Below are positions 47,072-59,887 of a DNA stretch of 64,000 nt, in pieces. Made by a program: the position numbers and the translations under genes. The notes under the pieces are model-generated. The model ran no database searches and had not been told where the DNA came from. It saw only the letters and a list, made by a program, of their open reading frames with translations. The stretch comes from Candidatus Bathyarchaeia archaeon (lineage in GTDB: Archaea > Thermoproteota > Bathyarchaeia > Bathyarchaeales > Bathycorpusculaceae), in contig JBBFKZ010000002.1 in assembly GCA_037481775.1 (NCBI GenBank), positions 64,001-128,000 on the forward strand. Reading direction: 5' to 3'. Numbering within the stretch: the first letter of the stretch is position 1; each line of letters begins with the position of its first letter.

Positions 47072-49357
47072 CTAAAACCTGAAAAAGCCGCCTACAACTG
47101 CCTGGCCAAAAGAGACGCCGCCGTCGCCCGTGGGAATCGCCTCGTGAACAAGAAACTGCAGCCCTGCGGCTTCTACTGTCTGCCGCATGATCTCCGCAAG
47201 AATCTGGTTGTTTGCGGCGCCGCCTGAAAAACCAATCGCCTTAATCCCAGCTTCCTGCGCGTGTTCCACCGACATGGAAGCCAATCCACGCGCTAAATAG
47301 GCATGCGCCGAGTATGCTAGATCAGCCGTTGCCGCTTTTCCCACGTTTTCAAAAATGGCGTAAAGCATCTGCGTCGTGTCTAACACGTTACCCCTTATTA
47401 TCGGCTTCAGCTGTAATGTGTCCCTTCCTTTGATGGCGGAGGATTCCAGCTTCATGGCTGGTTCTCCCTCATAAGTCCGCTCATAGCATATGCCTAAAAC
47501 CGCAGCCACAGCATCTAGCACCCTACCGCAGCTGGTTGTCTCAGTCACGCCTACGCCATGCCGTAGCTGCTGCAAAATAATTTTTGCCTCAGTTTCACCA
47601 TGAGGCAAGCTTCCGCTATGCTCAAGCAGCCAGCGCTCTACATCCAACTTTTTACTTAGCATTGCCGCTGCCATGCGCATTGGATAATGTGTTGCCATGT
47701 CGCCGCCGACCAGCGGCTGGGGCTCCAGATGTGCAAGCCGCTTAAAATCTGCGGAGTCTCTAGTGCATAGTAGAATTTCTCCGCCCCATGCTCCGCCGTC
47801 AGCGCCATAGCCGTAGCCGTCGCAGACTACGCCGACAAGCGCGTCAACGGCGTGCTCCATCATTAGGGCTGCGACATGCGCGTGGTGATGCTGCACTTGG
47901 ATTAAGCTCCAGCCCCTCTCTTCTGCAAGCTCCTGCGCTAAACGTGTGGTTATGAATTTCGGATGCAAATCGCATGCTACCGCTTCCACTCGGCTGTTCG
48001 TGAGGCGGATAAGGTGGCCAGCGGCTTCTTGAAGAAAAGCTCGCGTTTCAACGTTTTCCACGTCGCCGATGTGCTGGCTGATGAACGCCTTGTTTTCAAG
48101 CAGAATGCATGCTGTGTTGTTTAATTCTCCGCCCAAGCCTAAGACGCAGCGACGCGCTTTTTCCTTCAGCAATATCGGCGCCGGCGCGTATCCTCTGCTT
48201 CTCCTAATAAACGATGGGCGTGTGCCGTGTACTCGTAGAACCGAGTCGTCGCAGCGATAGGCAATTTCACGGTTATGAAGCAGGAAATAGTCCACTGTGC
48301 CACCCAAGATGCGCAAGGCTTCTTCGTTGTCTTTCACGATGGGCTGGTTAGGCGGGTTAGCGCTTGTCATCACAAATGCCACGTCGTCCACGCGGTCAAA
48401 CAGCATATAATGTAGCGCGGTGTATGGCAGCATGACGCCGATGTTGTGCAGGCCCGGTGCAACCAAAGGTGAGAGCGCATAGCTGTTTTTCTTGTTTAGC
48501 AGCACTATCGGCCGCGTATGGGAAGTAAGCAGTTCCTCCTCTTTCGAAGTTACTTCGGCAAAAGACTTCACCGCCTCCAAGCTCCGCGCCATAATCGCAA
48601 AGGGCTTAGCTCTTCGATGCTTCGCTTTTCGAAGCCGCTGCAGCGGTTCATCCATGATTACGGATGCGGCAACGTGGAAGCCGCCGTAACCTTTTATTGC
48701 GAGTATTGATCCCTCGCTGAGCAGTCGTCCTGCTTCACGCACAGGGTCCTTGTGCTTAATGTGCTCGCCGCTGCTTGTTGTCAAGTACGCTTGTGGGCCA
48801 CACTTGGGGCATGCAATGGTTTGCGCGTGAAAGCGCCTATTCAGCGGATCCATGTACTCTCCTTGGCAGTAGCTGCACATATGGAACTCGTGCATGGTGG
48901 TGTTTTCCCTGTCATACGGCAACTGCTCAATGATTGTGAATCTTGGCCCGCAATTAGTGCACGTAATGAAGAAGTAGTCATGACGTGGATTCTTCGGGTC
49001 TCTGAGTTCAGCGAGGCATTCGCTGCATATGGCGATGTCTGGCGGAATAACTGAGCCTGCCTGCTCTTTTTCATCTGAGCTGCTGTAAATTGTGAATTTC
49101 GTATATTCATTATTGCCATGTAGCTCTGTTGTCGTGATGTTGTGGATTTGGGCTAGTGGAGGCTTTTTCTCTTTTAAGTCGCGTAGAAAATTCTGGATGC
49201 TTTGCGTGTTGCCTTCAAGAAGGATTTCTACTCCTGCGTCGCCGCGGTTGCGCACGTAACCTGCCAAGCCGTTTTGCACCGCTATTCGATAGATGAAGGG
49301 GCGGAAACCGACGCCCTGAACAATGCCCGTAATGCTGATTTTAACGCGCAATTGCAA
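47072..49357 (-). CDS. hypF: Carbamoyltransferase HypF
   Basis: 'GIVQGVGFRPF', Zn fingers 'CTNCGPR' and 'CPKCGP', 'KGYGGFH', 'VQHHHAH', 'GDGGVSFGQ'. Confidence 0.97.
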   Translation of the reverse strand: MQLRVKISITGIVQGVGFRPFIYRIAVQNGLAGYVRNRGDAGVEILLEGNTQSIQNFLRDLKEKKPPLAQIHNITTTELHGNNEYTKFTIYSSSDEKEQAGSVIPPDIAICSECLAELRDPKNPRHDYFFITCTNCGPRFTIIEQLPYDRENTTMHEFHMCSYCQGEYMDPLNRRFHAQTIACPKCGPQAYLTTSSGEHIKHKDPVREAGRLLSEGSILAIKGYGGFHVAASVIMDEPLQRLRKAKHRRAKPFAIMARSLEAVKSFAEVTSKEEELLTSHTRPIVLLNKKNSYALSPLVAPGLHNIGVMLPYTALHYMLFDRVDDVAFVMTSANPPNQPIVKDNEEALRILGGTVDYFLLHNREIAYRCDDSVLRVHGTRPSFIRRSRGYAPAPILLKEKARRCVLGLGGELNNTACILLENKAFISQHIGDVENVETRAFLQEAAGHLIRLTNSRVEAVACDLHPKFITTRLAQELAEERGWSLIQVQHHHAHVAALMMEHAVDALVGVVCDGYGYGADGGAWGGEILLCTRDSADFKRLAHLEPQPLVGGDMATHYPMRMAAAMLSKKLDVERWLLEHSGSLPHGETEAKIILQQLRHGVGVTETTSCGRVLDAVAAVLGICYERTYEGEPAMKLESSAIKGRDTLQLKPIIRGNVLDTTQMLYAIFENVGKAATADLAYSAHAYLARGLASMSVEHAQEAGIKAIGFSGGAANNQILAEIMRQTVEAAGLQFLVHEAIPTGDGGVSFGQAVVGGFFRF

Positions 49358-49493
49358 GCCTTCTCTGATTCAGAAGGAATAAATTCTCTTATACATTTCT
49401 GCGTTCTAAACGATTTAATTTCATGCTCTAAACCATGTGGCCGCTACCTTTACCCGCTGTATGCCCATTAAAGTAACAAGGTGATTGCTGCCT

Positions 49494-51161
49494 TCAGCTG
49501 CTTTTTGCCTTCTGCCTCTCTTCTTCCTGAAGCACTCTTCTAAGAACTTTTCCTGCTGGGCTGATTGGTAACTCTTTTCTGAATTCCACTTCGCGAATAA
49601 TTTTGTAGGTCGCAACTTTCGCTTTGACAAACTCCATGATTTCTGCCTCGGAAGCTGTGGCGCCGTCTTTCAGCACTATGAACGCTTTCGGAATCTCACC
49701 TACCGTTGGGCTTGGCTTGCCGATGACGGCGCAGAGCTTCACGGCTGGATGCTCGTAAAGCACATCTTCCAGTTCGCGTGGGTACACGCTGTAATCCTTG
49801 TATTTGATGAGGTCTTTTTTGCGGTCAGTGATGTAGAAGTAGCCGTCTTCGTCCATCCGTGCAATGTCGCCTGTTAGGAGCCAGCCGCCGCGGAGAACAA
49901 GCGTCGTTTCTTCTGGCCTTTTCCAGTAGCCCTTCATTACCTGTGGTCCTTTTACGGCGAGTTCTCCTGTTTCGCCGGGTGCAAGCGTTTTTTCTCCTGT
50001 TTCTACATCAACTATTCGGGCATCTGTATCTGGCAATGGCAAGCCGATTGAGCCTACACGCACCGTACGCATAGTCATATCCACGGGGTTGCAGTGCGTG
50101 ACGGGCGAAGCTTCGGTTAAGCCGTAGCCTTCCGCGAGGAAACCGCTTGTTACTTCCATAAACCGTTTTTGAATTTGCGGCGGCAGCGGCGAGGCACCTG
50201 AAATGCAAACGCGAATGCTGGTTAAATTGTAGCTGCCAAGCATGGGATTAGTGAGCAGTAGCGAGTACATGGTGGGGACACCGCAGAAAACCGTGACCCT
50301 GTGTTGCTTAATGGCTTCCAAAGCTGCGGCGGGCTCAAATCGGGGCAGCAACACCGTTTTAGCGGCTAAGCTTATTGGCACGTTCATGCTTGTGGTCATG
50401 CCGTAAATGTGGAACAGCGGTAGCGCTGCAAGAAACGTGTCTTCTGCTGTGCCTTTTATCCATGTTGCAAAAGCAATAGCGTTTGAAACTAGGTTTAGAT
50501 GGGTTAACATGGCGCCTTTAGCGGTGCCTGTGGTGCCGCCTGTGTACTGCAGCGCAGCCAAATCTTCCTCAGGGTTAATGTGCACTCTCGGTGGCTCAGC
50601 TGAGGTTTCTTCAAGCAAAATCTGGAAAGAGTGAACGTTTAGTGTCTCACAATTTGTGCGGTGTGTATTTGCGGTTTTGTATGCGTATTCTTCCATGCTT
50701 GTGAGTATAACGTGTTTGAGCATGGTTTCTTTTCGGATATTGGTTAAGATTGGATAAAGCGTGTCAAAAGCAACTATAGTCTCTGCTTCTGCATCGTTCA
50801 GCTGATAAGCCACTTCGCGTTCTTTATGCAGAGGGCTGATGGCTGTTAAGACTGCACCAGCTTTAAGAATACCGTAATAGGCTATTACAAACTGGGGAAT
50901 GTTAGGAAGAAAAAGTGCAACTCGCTCGCCTTTTTCAATACCCAACTTTGATAATGCCGCAGCGAACCGGCTTGAAAGCGAGTTTAACTCTGCATAGGTA
51001 ATTTCTCTTTCGCAGTATGCAATGGCTGTTTTTGCAGGATAAGCCTTCGCTGCCCTTTCAAGAAGTTCATGCAGCGGCGTTTTCGGATACTCAATTTTTC
51101 TAGGAACATCCGACGGCCATGAGCCAAACCACAGTTTATTCTCACTCTGCATGGCAAACAC
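49494..51161 (-). CDS. fadD: Long-chain fatty acid--CoA ligase (AMP-binding)
   Basis: 'YTGGTTGTAKG', 'EGYGLTE', 'TGD', 'DRKKD'. Confidence 0.9.
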   Translation of the reverse strand: MFAMQSENKLWFGSWPSDVPRKIEYPKTPLHELLERAAKAYPAKTAIAYCEREITYAELNSLSSRFAAALSKLGIEKGERVALFLPNIPQFVIAYYGILKAGAVLTAISPLHKEREVAYQLNDAEAETIVAFDTLYPILTNIRKETMLKHVILTSMEEYAYKTANTHRTNCETLNVHSFQILLEETSAEPPRVHINPEEDLAALQYTGGTTGTAKGAMLTHLNLVSNAIAFATWIKGTAEDTFLAALPLFHIYGMTTSMNVPISLAAKTVLLPRFEPAAALEAIKQHRVTVFCGVPTMYSLLLTNPMLGSYNLTSIRVCISGASPLPPQIQKRFMEVTSGFLAEGYGLTEASPVTHCNPVDMTMRTVRVGSIGLPLPDTDARIVDVETGEKTLAPGETGELAVKGPQVMKGYWKRPEETTLVLRGGWLLTGDIARMDEDGYFYITDRKKDLIKYKDYSVYPRELEDVLYEHPAVKLCAVIGKPSPTVGEIPKAFIVLKDGATASEAEIMEFVKAKVATYKIIREVEFRKELPISPAGKVLRRVLQEEERQKAKSS

Positions 51162-51220
51162 AAACTTTCATAATTAAACTACAAAATTACGTAATAACGT
51201 TTATCCTAAGTCCCTACGCG

Positions 51221-51961
51221 CTAGAAGAAAAATAGTTTTATCAAAAACAAAACTGCCAGATGTGCTGGATAAAACGCGTAGAACACGTATTTTCTAATCA
51301 GGTATGTGCGCGAGCTTTCAGGAATAATTGTTTCCTTCTTCAACACGCCTTTTGCATGAAGAATGATTATGGGCACCGCAAAAAGCGAGAACACTTGCGG
51401 GTCTGAGGTAAGTAGAAACGGGCTGTTCAAGGCGAGAAGCGCGAGAAAGCCAAGCGGCGGATTACCATTCAAGAGTTTCATGCATGCCACAGTGAGCACG
51501 GCGTAAATATTTCCTTCAGTGTTAAGTAATATAGATAACAAGGCGGGAACAATGGTTAACAGGCTTCGTTTGTTAAAGAAGTAGATGGTTAACGCGCCTA
51601 GCAGTAGCGAGAAGAGAATGTTGAAGCGTTCAAATGGCTGAATTCCAAAAGCAAGAAAATAAGGAACCTGAGAGATCAACGCAAAAATAAAAAGAGTTGC
51701 CAAGTATTTTTTCGGGCTTCTTGTGCTTTCCACCCCTAACGCTACAAGATACGCAAATAATGGAAAAGCAAGCCTTCCGATTAGGCGAAGCGCCAGCCAG
51801 TCTGGATATAGGATGTCCCCCGCATGATCCATCGCCATCGTTGTGATTGCTATCAACTTAAGCACATCTCTTCCGTAGTCAAACTTTCTGGTAGGCAAAG
51901 ACACGATTGAACCACACTGAGCTACTTTACTGTGGGCTGTAGCATAATTCTGTTGTGTCAC
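51221..51961 (-). CDS. TraX family membrane acyltransferase
   Basis: 'LKLIAITTMAMDH', 'IGRLAFPLFAY', 'FALISQVPY', 'FYAFYPAHL'. Confidence 0.85.
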   Translation of the reverse strand: MTQQNYATAHSKVAQCGSIVSLPTRKFDYGRDVLKLIAITTMAMDHAGDILYPDWLALRLIGRLAFPLFAYLVALGVESTRSPKKYLATLFIFALISQVPYFLAFGIQPFERFNILFSLLLGALTIYFFNKRSLLTIVPALLSILLNTEGNIYAVLTVACMKLLNGNPPLGFLALLALNSPFLLTSDPQVFSLFAVPIIILHAKGVLKKETIIPESSRTYLIRKYVFYAFYPAHLAVLFLIKLFFF

Positions 51962-52084
51962 ATAAAGTTACATGCTTTAAAAGCATGCCACTTACGCTTG
52001 AATAAAAAAAAGCAGTGTTAAAACAAAGCTAAAAATATAATAAAAAGGGGCTTGGATAGCCTTAGCAGCTACTCTGTTACACGC

Positions 52085-54329
<2,245 letters not shown>

Positions 54330-54330
54330 T

Positions 54331-55542
54331 TCAATGCGCCTCCATTTTTGCTACTGCTTGTTCAGGCAAGGCTGAGATTTTCTGGTAGAAACTTTCGAAC
54401 TTTGTTTTGAATTCTCCTTCACATCTAGGTGATAACTCGAATAGCTCGAAGCGATTAAGCAATCCCTTCTTTTTCAGTGCGTCCTTCAGCACGATCATGT
54501 TGCGTTCAGCTGTGTCTCTGCCCTCGCTGAGCTTGCAGTCTTCCGCAGCACACACGACACCCATCACGCCGTCAAAACCGCATTGCAACGCGTTCACAAC
54601 ATGCACAGGATCCATTCCTTTAAAGCATGGAACCTCTAAAATCAGCGCGTTTTTGCCTTCAAGCACATTGTTTGGGTTATCTAAAGCAGAGAACTCGGAC
54701 CATTGGCAGCTGAATACAAGCACTGCTGGTTGGCCGTTTCGTGTCTTCATCGCTTTTGCGGCTTGACAATAGCGCTGCAGAACATTGTCAAACTCGAAGC
54801 CTTTAACTTCGATGGCTTTGTGCGGGCAGACAAGCGCGCATGCACCGCAGCCTACGCAGTCCTCGTAAACTATTCTTGGTGTGGAGAACGGTTCTGCCTT
54901 TATGGCGTTGTAGGGGCATATGAAGACACATTTGTCGCAGCCTACGCACTCTTCAGTTTTGTAAACTGCCTTCCTCGAGTACTTCACAACTTTCAAAACG
55001 TTTTCGTCGAATCCTAATTGTTTCAGAACGTTTTTGCTTAATTGAAGGCGGCGTGTATTAATTTTTGTTCCTTCTTTGTAGCGGCAGAATTTATCTTCAC
55101 ATTGAATTGAAACAATGTTCTTTACGCCTGAACTCAAGGTTTTAAAAATGAAGTCTGTGGGAACTCTGCCTGCACAAGGCAACCTCAGCGGAACATAGTT
55201 TTTAATGTTTAAGCCCTGATCTGCAAGGATGTCTTCAACTTCACAAGTGGAAGGCGAATTTCCGCGGCACATCAAAATTAGTGTGTCGCTGCCCGCTTTC
55301 TTTCTTGCGCAGTCAACGTAACTAACAAGTTGCTCGTAATCATAATAGGCGATCTTTATCGCGGCGACGGGGCAAGCACTGGCACAGATTCCGCATACTT
55401 GGCACTTTTGTATGTCAATTTCCACTTTGTCTTTTTCACGATCATAGTTTATAGCTTCAAAGGGGCAAATTGAATGGCAGACACAACATCTACTACATAA
55501 ATCTTGGTTGATTTCTACGGTAGCGAAACATTTTTCGCTCAT
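54331..55542 (-). CDS. Polyferredoxin-MvhD fusion, (2x[4Fe-4S]-MvhD) repeated twice
   Basis: Four CxxCxxCxxxCP motifs, MvhD-like 'LMC...RLPCAGRV...IQCEDKFC' and 'FSCQW...EVPC...GFDGV...CAAEDC'. Confidence 0.8.
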   Translation of the reverse strand: MSEKCFATVEINQDLCSRCCVCHSICPFEAINYDREKDKVEIDIQKCQVCGICASACPVAAIKIAYYDYEQLVSYVDCARKKAGSDTLILMCRGNSPSTCEVEDILADQGLNIKNYVPLRLPCAGRVPTDFIFKTLSSGVKNIVSIQCEDKFCRYKEGTKINTRRLQLSKNVLKQLGFDENVLKVVKYSRKAVYKTEECVGCDKCVFICPYNAIKAEPFSTPRIVYEDCVGCGACALVCPHKAIEVKGFEFDNVLQRYCQAAKAMKTRNGQPAVLVFSCQWSEFSALDNPNNVLEGKNALILEVPCFKGMDPVHVVNALQCGFDGVMGVVCAAEDCKLSEGRDTAERNMIVLKDALKKKGLLNRFELFELSPRCEGEFKTKFESFYQKISALPEQAVAKMEAH

Positions 55543-55644
55543 TCTGGAAACCTCTCATGCCAAAGCGCACTTAAGCCGTAAAGCTTCTGCGCTTAGGCTT
55601 ATGGAAGCATGAAAAGCGTTTTTGGATGATATAATGTTTTCCCT

Positions 55645-56577
55645 TCATTTTCTATAATATGGTCGTCTAATATATCCATACGCCGCAAGCGCTGCAGTGA
55701 TGCCTTGACCGACTGCTGTGCCCACTTGCTTGACAGGATGGTTCGTCACGTCGCCGGCTGCGTAAACTCCCATGAGGTTCGTTCGCTGAGAAATGTTAAT
55801 TTTAATATAGCCCTCGTCGTCAACTTCGACTCCGGCATCTTTTGCGATTTGACTGTTTGGCTCCTCTCCGACTTGAACAAAAACCGCGTCAACCATCAAC
55901 TCCTTTGTTTCGCCCTTTTTTTTATCAAAAAGCACTACGCTATTAACGACTTTTTCACCTTTGATTTCTTTGAGCTCGGTATTCAAGTGAAGCTGGGCGT
56001 TCTTTTTTGAGATTAGATCCTTTACAAGTATTTCTTCGGCGCGGAAAGTGTCTCTCCTATGAACCAAAAAGATCTCCGCAGCTATCCCTGAAAGGTAAAG
56101 CGCCGTGGCGACTGCAGAATTTCCGCCTCCAACAACAAGTACTTTTTTGCCTTTAAACAATGGCCCATCGCAGACGCCGCAGTAGCTTACGCCTCTTCCG
56201 CGGAATTCTTTTTCGCCCTTGACGCCGAGTTCACGGTAATGCGCGCCTGTAGCAACTATGACGGCGCTGGCTTCATAGCTGGTTCGGGTTGTTTTCACTT
56301 TTTTACGTTCACCTTTAAGCTCTAGCGCCGTTACAGGCTCCAGTTCACGGATGGTTACGCCTGCTTTTCTGCATTGAAGTGCCATCTTCTCTGCGAGTTC
56401 ACTACCGCTTATTTGCAGGAAACCCGGATAATTCTCCAAAATAGGCGCGTCTGAGGCTGTGCCACCTGCCATTTTCTCCTCTATAATCAGCGTTTTCAGT
56501 CCGCTTCTGGCGCCGTAGATCCCGGCTGATAAGCCCGCGGGACCAGCACCAATTATTATTAGCTCCCAGTTTTCCAT
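55645..56577 (-). CDS. trxB: Thioredoxin reductase
   Basis: 'GAGPAG', 'GVSYCGVCDG', 'VGGGNSA', 'AAGD'. Confidence 0.95.
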   Translation of the reverse strand: MENWELIIIGAGPAGLSAGIYGARSGLKTLIIEEKMAGGTASDAPILENYPGFLQISGSELAEKMALQCRKAGVTIRELEPVTALELKGERKKVKTTRTSYEASAVIVATGAHYRELGVKGEKEFRGRGVSYCGVCDGPLFKGKKVLVVGGGNSAVATALYLSGIAAEIFLVHRRDTFRAEEILVKDLISKKNAQLHLNTELKEIKGEKVVNSVVLFDKKKGETKELMVDAVFVQVGEEPNSQIAKDAGVEVDDEGYIKINISQRTNLMGVYAAGDVTNHPVKQVGTAVGQGITAALAAYGYIRRPYYRK

Positions 56578-56731
56578 GCTTCCCCCTCAACATGGTTAAG
56601 TTAACATGTGGCAATTTATGAACGATTCGGAAAATTCTGCATCGACTTATCTATTCTTCAGGCAGATTGCTGTGCGTTTATAATTGAGCAGTTACGCTTC
56701 ATAAAAAAAGGGAGTGGGAGATTCGCTTTTC

Positions 56732-57046
56732 TCATTTGCGATAATTCTTTATTGGAACGATAGGTATGGTGAAAGTTTCGAGTACCCCATCTATTAAGCG
56801 GATTTTGTCAGATACGAAACGCAAGGCTTTCTCGTTTGTGTCTGCTTGAAATAGGATTGCAAAATCCCATTGACCGAATACTTGATAAGCTTCCTCAAGT
56901 TTAACGCCTTCAACTGGGTTTTCCTCGAACTCCATCAGCGGCTCATAAAGTTTCGCAGCCATGTTGGGGCTCAGTTTAATCATAACCAAATACTTCTGCA
57001 CTGTTCTTCCACCTCTAAGTACCCAACAAATTGTTAGCGCTTTCAA
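56732..57046 (-). CDS. Stand-alone Lrp/AsnC ligand-binding (RAM) domain protein
   Basis: 'EAYQVFGQWDF...IRLIDGVLETFT'. Confidence 0.75.
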   Translation of the reverse strand: MKALTICWVLRGGRTVQKYLVMIKLSPNMAAKLYEPLMEFEENPVEGVKLEEAYQVFGQWDFAILFQADTNEKALRFVSDKIRLIDGVLETFTIPIVPIKNYRK

Positions 57047-57139
57047 TTAAAAAGATTTGCCAGTTGATCTTTCTCCTAGAAAAGCAGATAAGAACGAGCG
57101 AAGATTATGTTGAATAAAGACCTTTTGAGGTTTTCACCC

Positions 57140-58894
57140 ATGGCAAAATTCCGGTGTACCGTGTGCAATTATGTTTATGATGAAGCTAAGGAGAAGGTGG
57201 CGTTCAGGGACTTGCCAAAGGAGTGGGTATGCCCTGTCTGTGGTGCCCCTAAAAGTGTTTTTGTTCTTTTGTCGGAGGAAGCGGCGGCGGAAAAGAGAGA
57301 GCGCACTGTCTCGGATGTTCTGATAGAGCAAATTGCTGAGTGGGGTGTTCAATATGTTTTTGGGATTCCTGGAACTTCTACTTTAGGCCTTGTTGACGCT
57401 ATAAGAAAGAGTGGTAGGATCCAGTATATTCAAGTTCGGCATGAGCAGACTGCTGCTTTTATGGCTTCAGCTTATGGGAAACTTACCGGGCATGTCGCCG
57501 CTTGCTTAGGCGTTTCCGGGCCAGGCGCAACTAATCTCGCTACAGGCTTGTATGACGCGAGCTTGGATCATTCGCCTGTTTTAGCGCTTACTGGACTGGT
57601 TGCGCGGCAACTTATTGGGCCTGGCTCGGTACAGGAGATTGATCAGTACTCGTTTTTTGAGCCTATATGCGTTTTCAACAAGATTTTGATGTCTGAGGAT
57701 CAAACCACTATGCTGGCTACGTTGGCCATTAGGCATGCGCTGCTTGATCGTGGAGTTGCCCATATTGGCGTCCCAAGTGATGTGCAGAAACTTCCGTGTG
57801 ATGCGCCGATTTTGCCGTTGGAGGGACGTATGCCAAACTTGGCTTTTGGACAAGAGGAGACGCTTATTGAAAAAGCTGCACATATAATTGATAAAGCAGA
57901 GCGACCTGTGATAATCGCGGGATTCGGCGCTCGAGGACAGGGAACTAAACTTCTGAGGTTAGCGTCAAAGATTTCTGCGCCTATAGTGACTACTTTTAGG
58001 GCTAAGGGCGTAATCGATGAAGATAATGAGTTATGTGCGGGCTGTCACGGTGGCATTGCGTCAACGGCTGCGGCGGCGCTTGTTCGCAAGGCAGACTTGC
58101 TGATCGTTATTGGCTGTTCCTTCTCGGATTTAACGCGGATTCCCGAGAAGAAGATGGTTCAGATAGACATTAACATGAAGATGATTGCGAAGAATTATCC
58201 CGTTGAGGTTGGCTTAATCGGCAACAGTGCCGTGCTAATTCCGAAATTGGCTGAGAAGGTGCGGGAGAAGCAGAATGCGGCGTATTTAGCTGAAATTGCG
58301 CAGCTAAAGCGGGAATGGCTGGAGCAGTTGCAGCGCGAGGCAGATTCATCCCTCAAGCACATCCGTCCACCATACATCATGAAGGTTTTAAACGAGAAAA
58401 TTGCTGATAACGCGGTGATCTCGCTTGATGTGGGCGAAAACTGCTGGTGGTTCGGCAGAAACTTTCAGATGAAGCGAACTCAGAAGATGGTGATGAGCGG
58501 CTATCTGGCTTCGATGGGCTTCGGATTGCCCGGCGCCATGGCAGCGGCTCTTGCCTATCCAGATAGACAGATTGTCTGCATAACAGGTGATGGCGGCTTC
58601 TCGATGGTTATGGAAGACTTTCTAACCGTGCTAAAGTATCGCATGCCCGTGAAAGTCTTTGTTTTGAACAACCAGAGCTTGGGCATGATACAACAGGAAC
58701 AAAAGGTTGAGGGTTATGAAAAATGGCAAACTGAGCTTTACGGTTTTAACTTCGCAGAGTTCGCTGAAAACGCAGGCGGAGCTGGAATAAAGGTAACTGA
58801 CCCCGCTGAACTTGAGGATGCAGTGGAGCGTGCGCTTGTCCTAAGCAAGGCGGTGATAGTGGATATTGATACTGACCCGCGTAGGTTCCTTTAG
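57140..58894 (+). CDS. Rubredoxin-fused ThDP-dependent pyruvate oxidase/acetolactate synthase-like enzyme
   Basis: 'CTVCNYVYD...WVCPVCG' rubredoxin, 'FGIPG', 'VRHEQ', 'SGPGATN', 'GDGG...LNN'. Confidence 0.88.
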   Translation: MAKFRCTVCNYVYDEAKEKVAFRDLPKEWVCPVCGAPKSVFVLLSEEAAAEKRERTVSDVLIEQIAEWGVQYVFGIPGTSTLGLVDAIRKSGRIQYIQVRHEQTAAFMASAYGKLTGHVAACLGVSGPGATNLATGLYDASLDHSPVLALTGLVARQLIGPGSVQEIDQYSFFEPICVFNKILMSEDQTTMLATLAIRHALLDRGVAHIGVPSDVQKLPCDAPILPLEGRMPNLAFGQEETLIEKAAHIIDKAERPVIIAGFGARGQGTKLLRLASKISAPIVTTFRAKGVIDEDNELCAGCHGGIASTAAAALVRKADLLIVIGCSFSDLTRIPEKKMVQIDINMKMIAKNYPVEVGLIGNSAVLIPKLAEKVREKQNAAYLAEIAQLKREWLEQLQREADSSLKHIRPPYIMKVLNEKIADNAVISLDVGENCWWFGRNFQMKRTQKMVMSGYLASMGFGLPGAMAAALAYPDRQIVCITGDGGFSMVMEDFLTVLKYRMPVKVFVLNNQSLGMIQQEQKVEGYEKWQTELYGFNFAEFAENAGGAGIKVTDPAELEDAVERALVLSKAVIVDIDTDPRRFL

Positions 58895-59646
58895 GCGGGT
58901 TTCTTCAAGTTTTTCTGATATTCTCGAAGTTTCTGCATATCAAGATCCATGGTCATCACCGAGTCTTTGACTTCGTCTGTGGCTTCCTGTGCTATGCCCC
59001 AGGGAGTAATGAAGGCGCTTCTTCCGCCTCTAGCGTTGGAGCTGACATTGCCTACTTTGACGACGTAAATGCCGTTTTCTGTGGCAAGCTTCTCCGTGAG
59101 CGGGTGTCCCTTCACGTGTGGGTGTGTGCCCATTGCTGCGACTGGCAGGAACACAAGTTCTGCGCCCAAATCAACAACAGCTCTCACCGTGGCGGAATCA
59201 AACATGTCGGCGCAGATGAGCATACCTACCTTGCAGTGCATGGTTTCGTAGACAGCTGGCTTGTCACCTCGGCTTACACCTGCGTCTAATTCGATTTTAA
59301 TTGGGTTTATTTTGCGGTACTTGCCGATGAGTTTGCCATTTAGCCAAAGCGTGCTTGTATTATAGAATTTGCCTTCTGCCTCTTCAAGCACGGTGCCGCC
59401 AAGCAAGTAAATTTCCTCGAGTTCCCTGCTGGTTTTTTCGAGGAAGCAGAGCGTTTCAGCGTAAGTTTCTCTGCTGATTTTTTCTGCGGAAGTGAATTGT
59501 TCCATGTTGTTTGGGACAGAGAAGTATTCTGGAAGCGCGATAAATGCGGGTTTCTGTTTGGCTGCTTTGTGAATTGCTGTGGCGGCTGCTGCGAGATTGT
59601 TGTTTAGTGTGTTGCGTACTTTCATGTGGATTAAGCTTACTTTCAA
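58891..59646 (-). CDS. Carbon-nitrogen hydrolase (nitrilase superfamily)
   Basis: Catalytic E-K-C triad in 'LPEYF', 'YRKI' and 'ICAD'. Confidence 0.9.
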   Translation of the reverse strand: MKVSLIHMKVRNTLNNNLAAAATAIHKAAKQKPAFIALPEYFSVPNNMEQFTSAEKISRETYAETLCFLEKTSRELEEIYLLGGTVLEEAEGKFYNTSTLWLNGKLIGKYRKINPIKIELDAGVSRGDKPAVYETMHCKVGMLICADMFDSATVRAVVDLGAELVFLPVAAMGTHPHVKGHPLTEKLATENGIYVVKVGNVSSNARGGRSAFITPWGIAQEATDEVKDSVMTMDLDMQKLREYQKNLKKPA

Positions 59647-59887
59647 GTCTTGTGCCTCTTGTTAGCGGGAGCAATAGCACGTGGTGAACTTTGATAAGAA
59701 CGAAGCTTGAAAACTTTTAAACTTAACTGCTTGACACAGAAATCGGTGCCAATTTTATGTTTAACACAAATGTGTATTATTATGTGGGTTATCAGCACAT
59801 GTGTTCATGTTTTTATAGCTTTTATATGCATGCGGATAAGTTTAAATATGGCTGTATGACAAACAATTGTAGTCGCGAGTTGAAAAT

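Noticed and set aside
55555-55612. Possible archaeal SECIS (GAA in a hairpin)
   Set aside because: No in-frame TGA in trxB or the MvhD fusion, and all expected Cys are present. Kept only as a generic leader hairpin.
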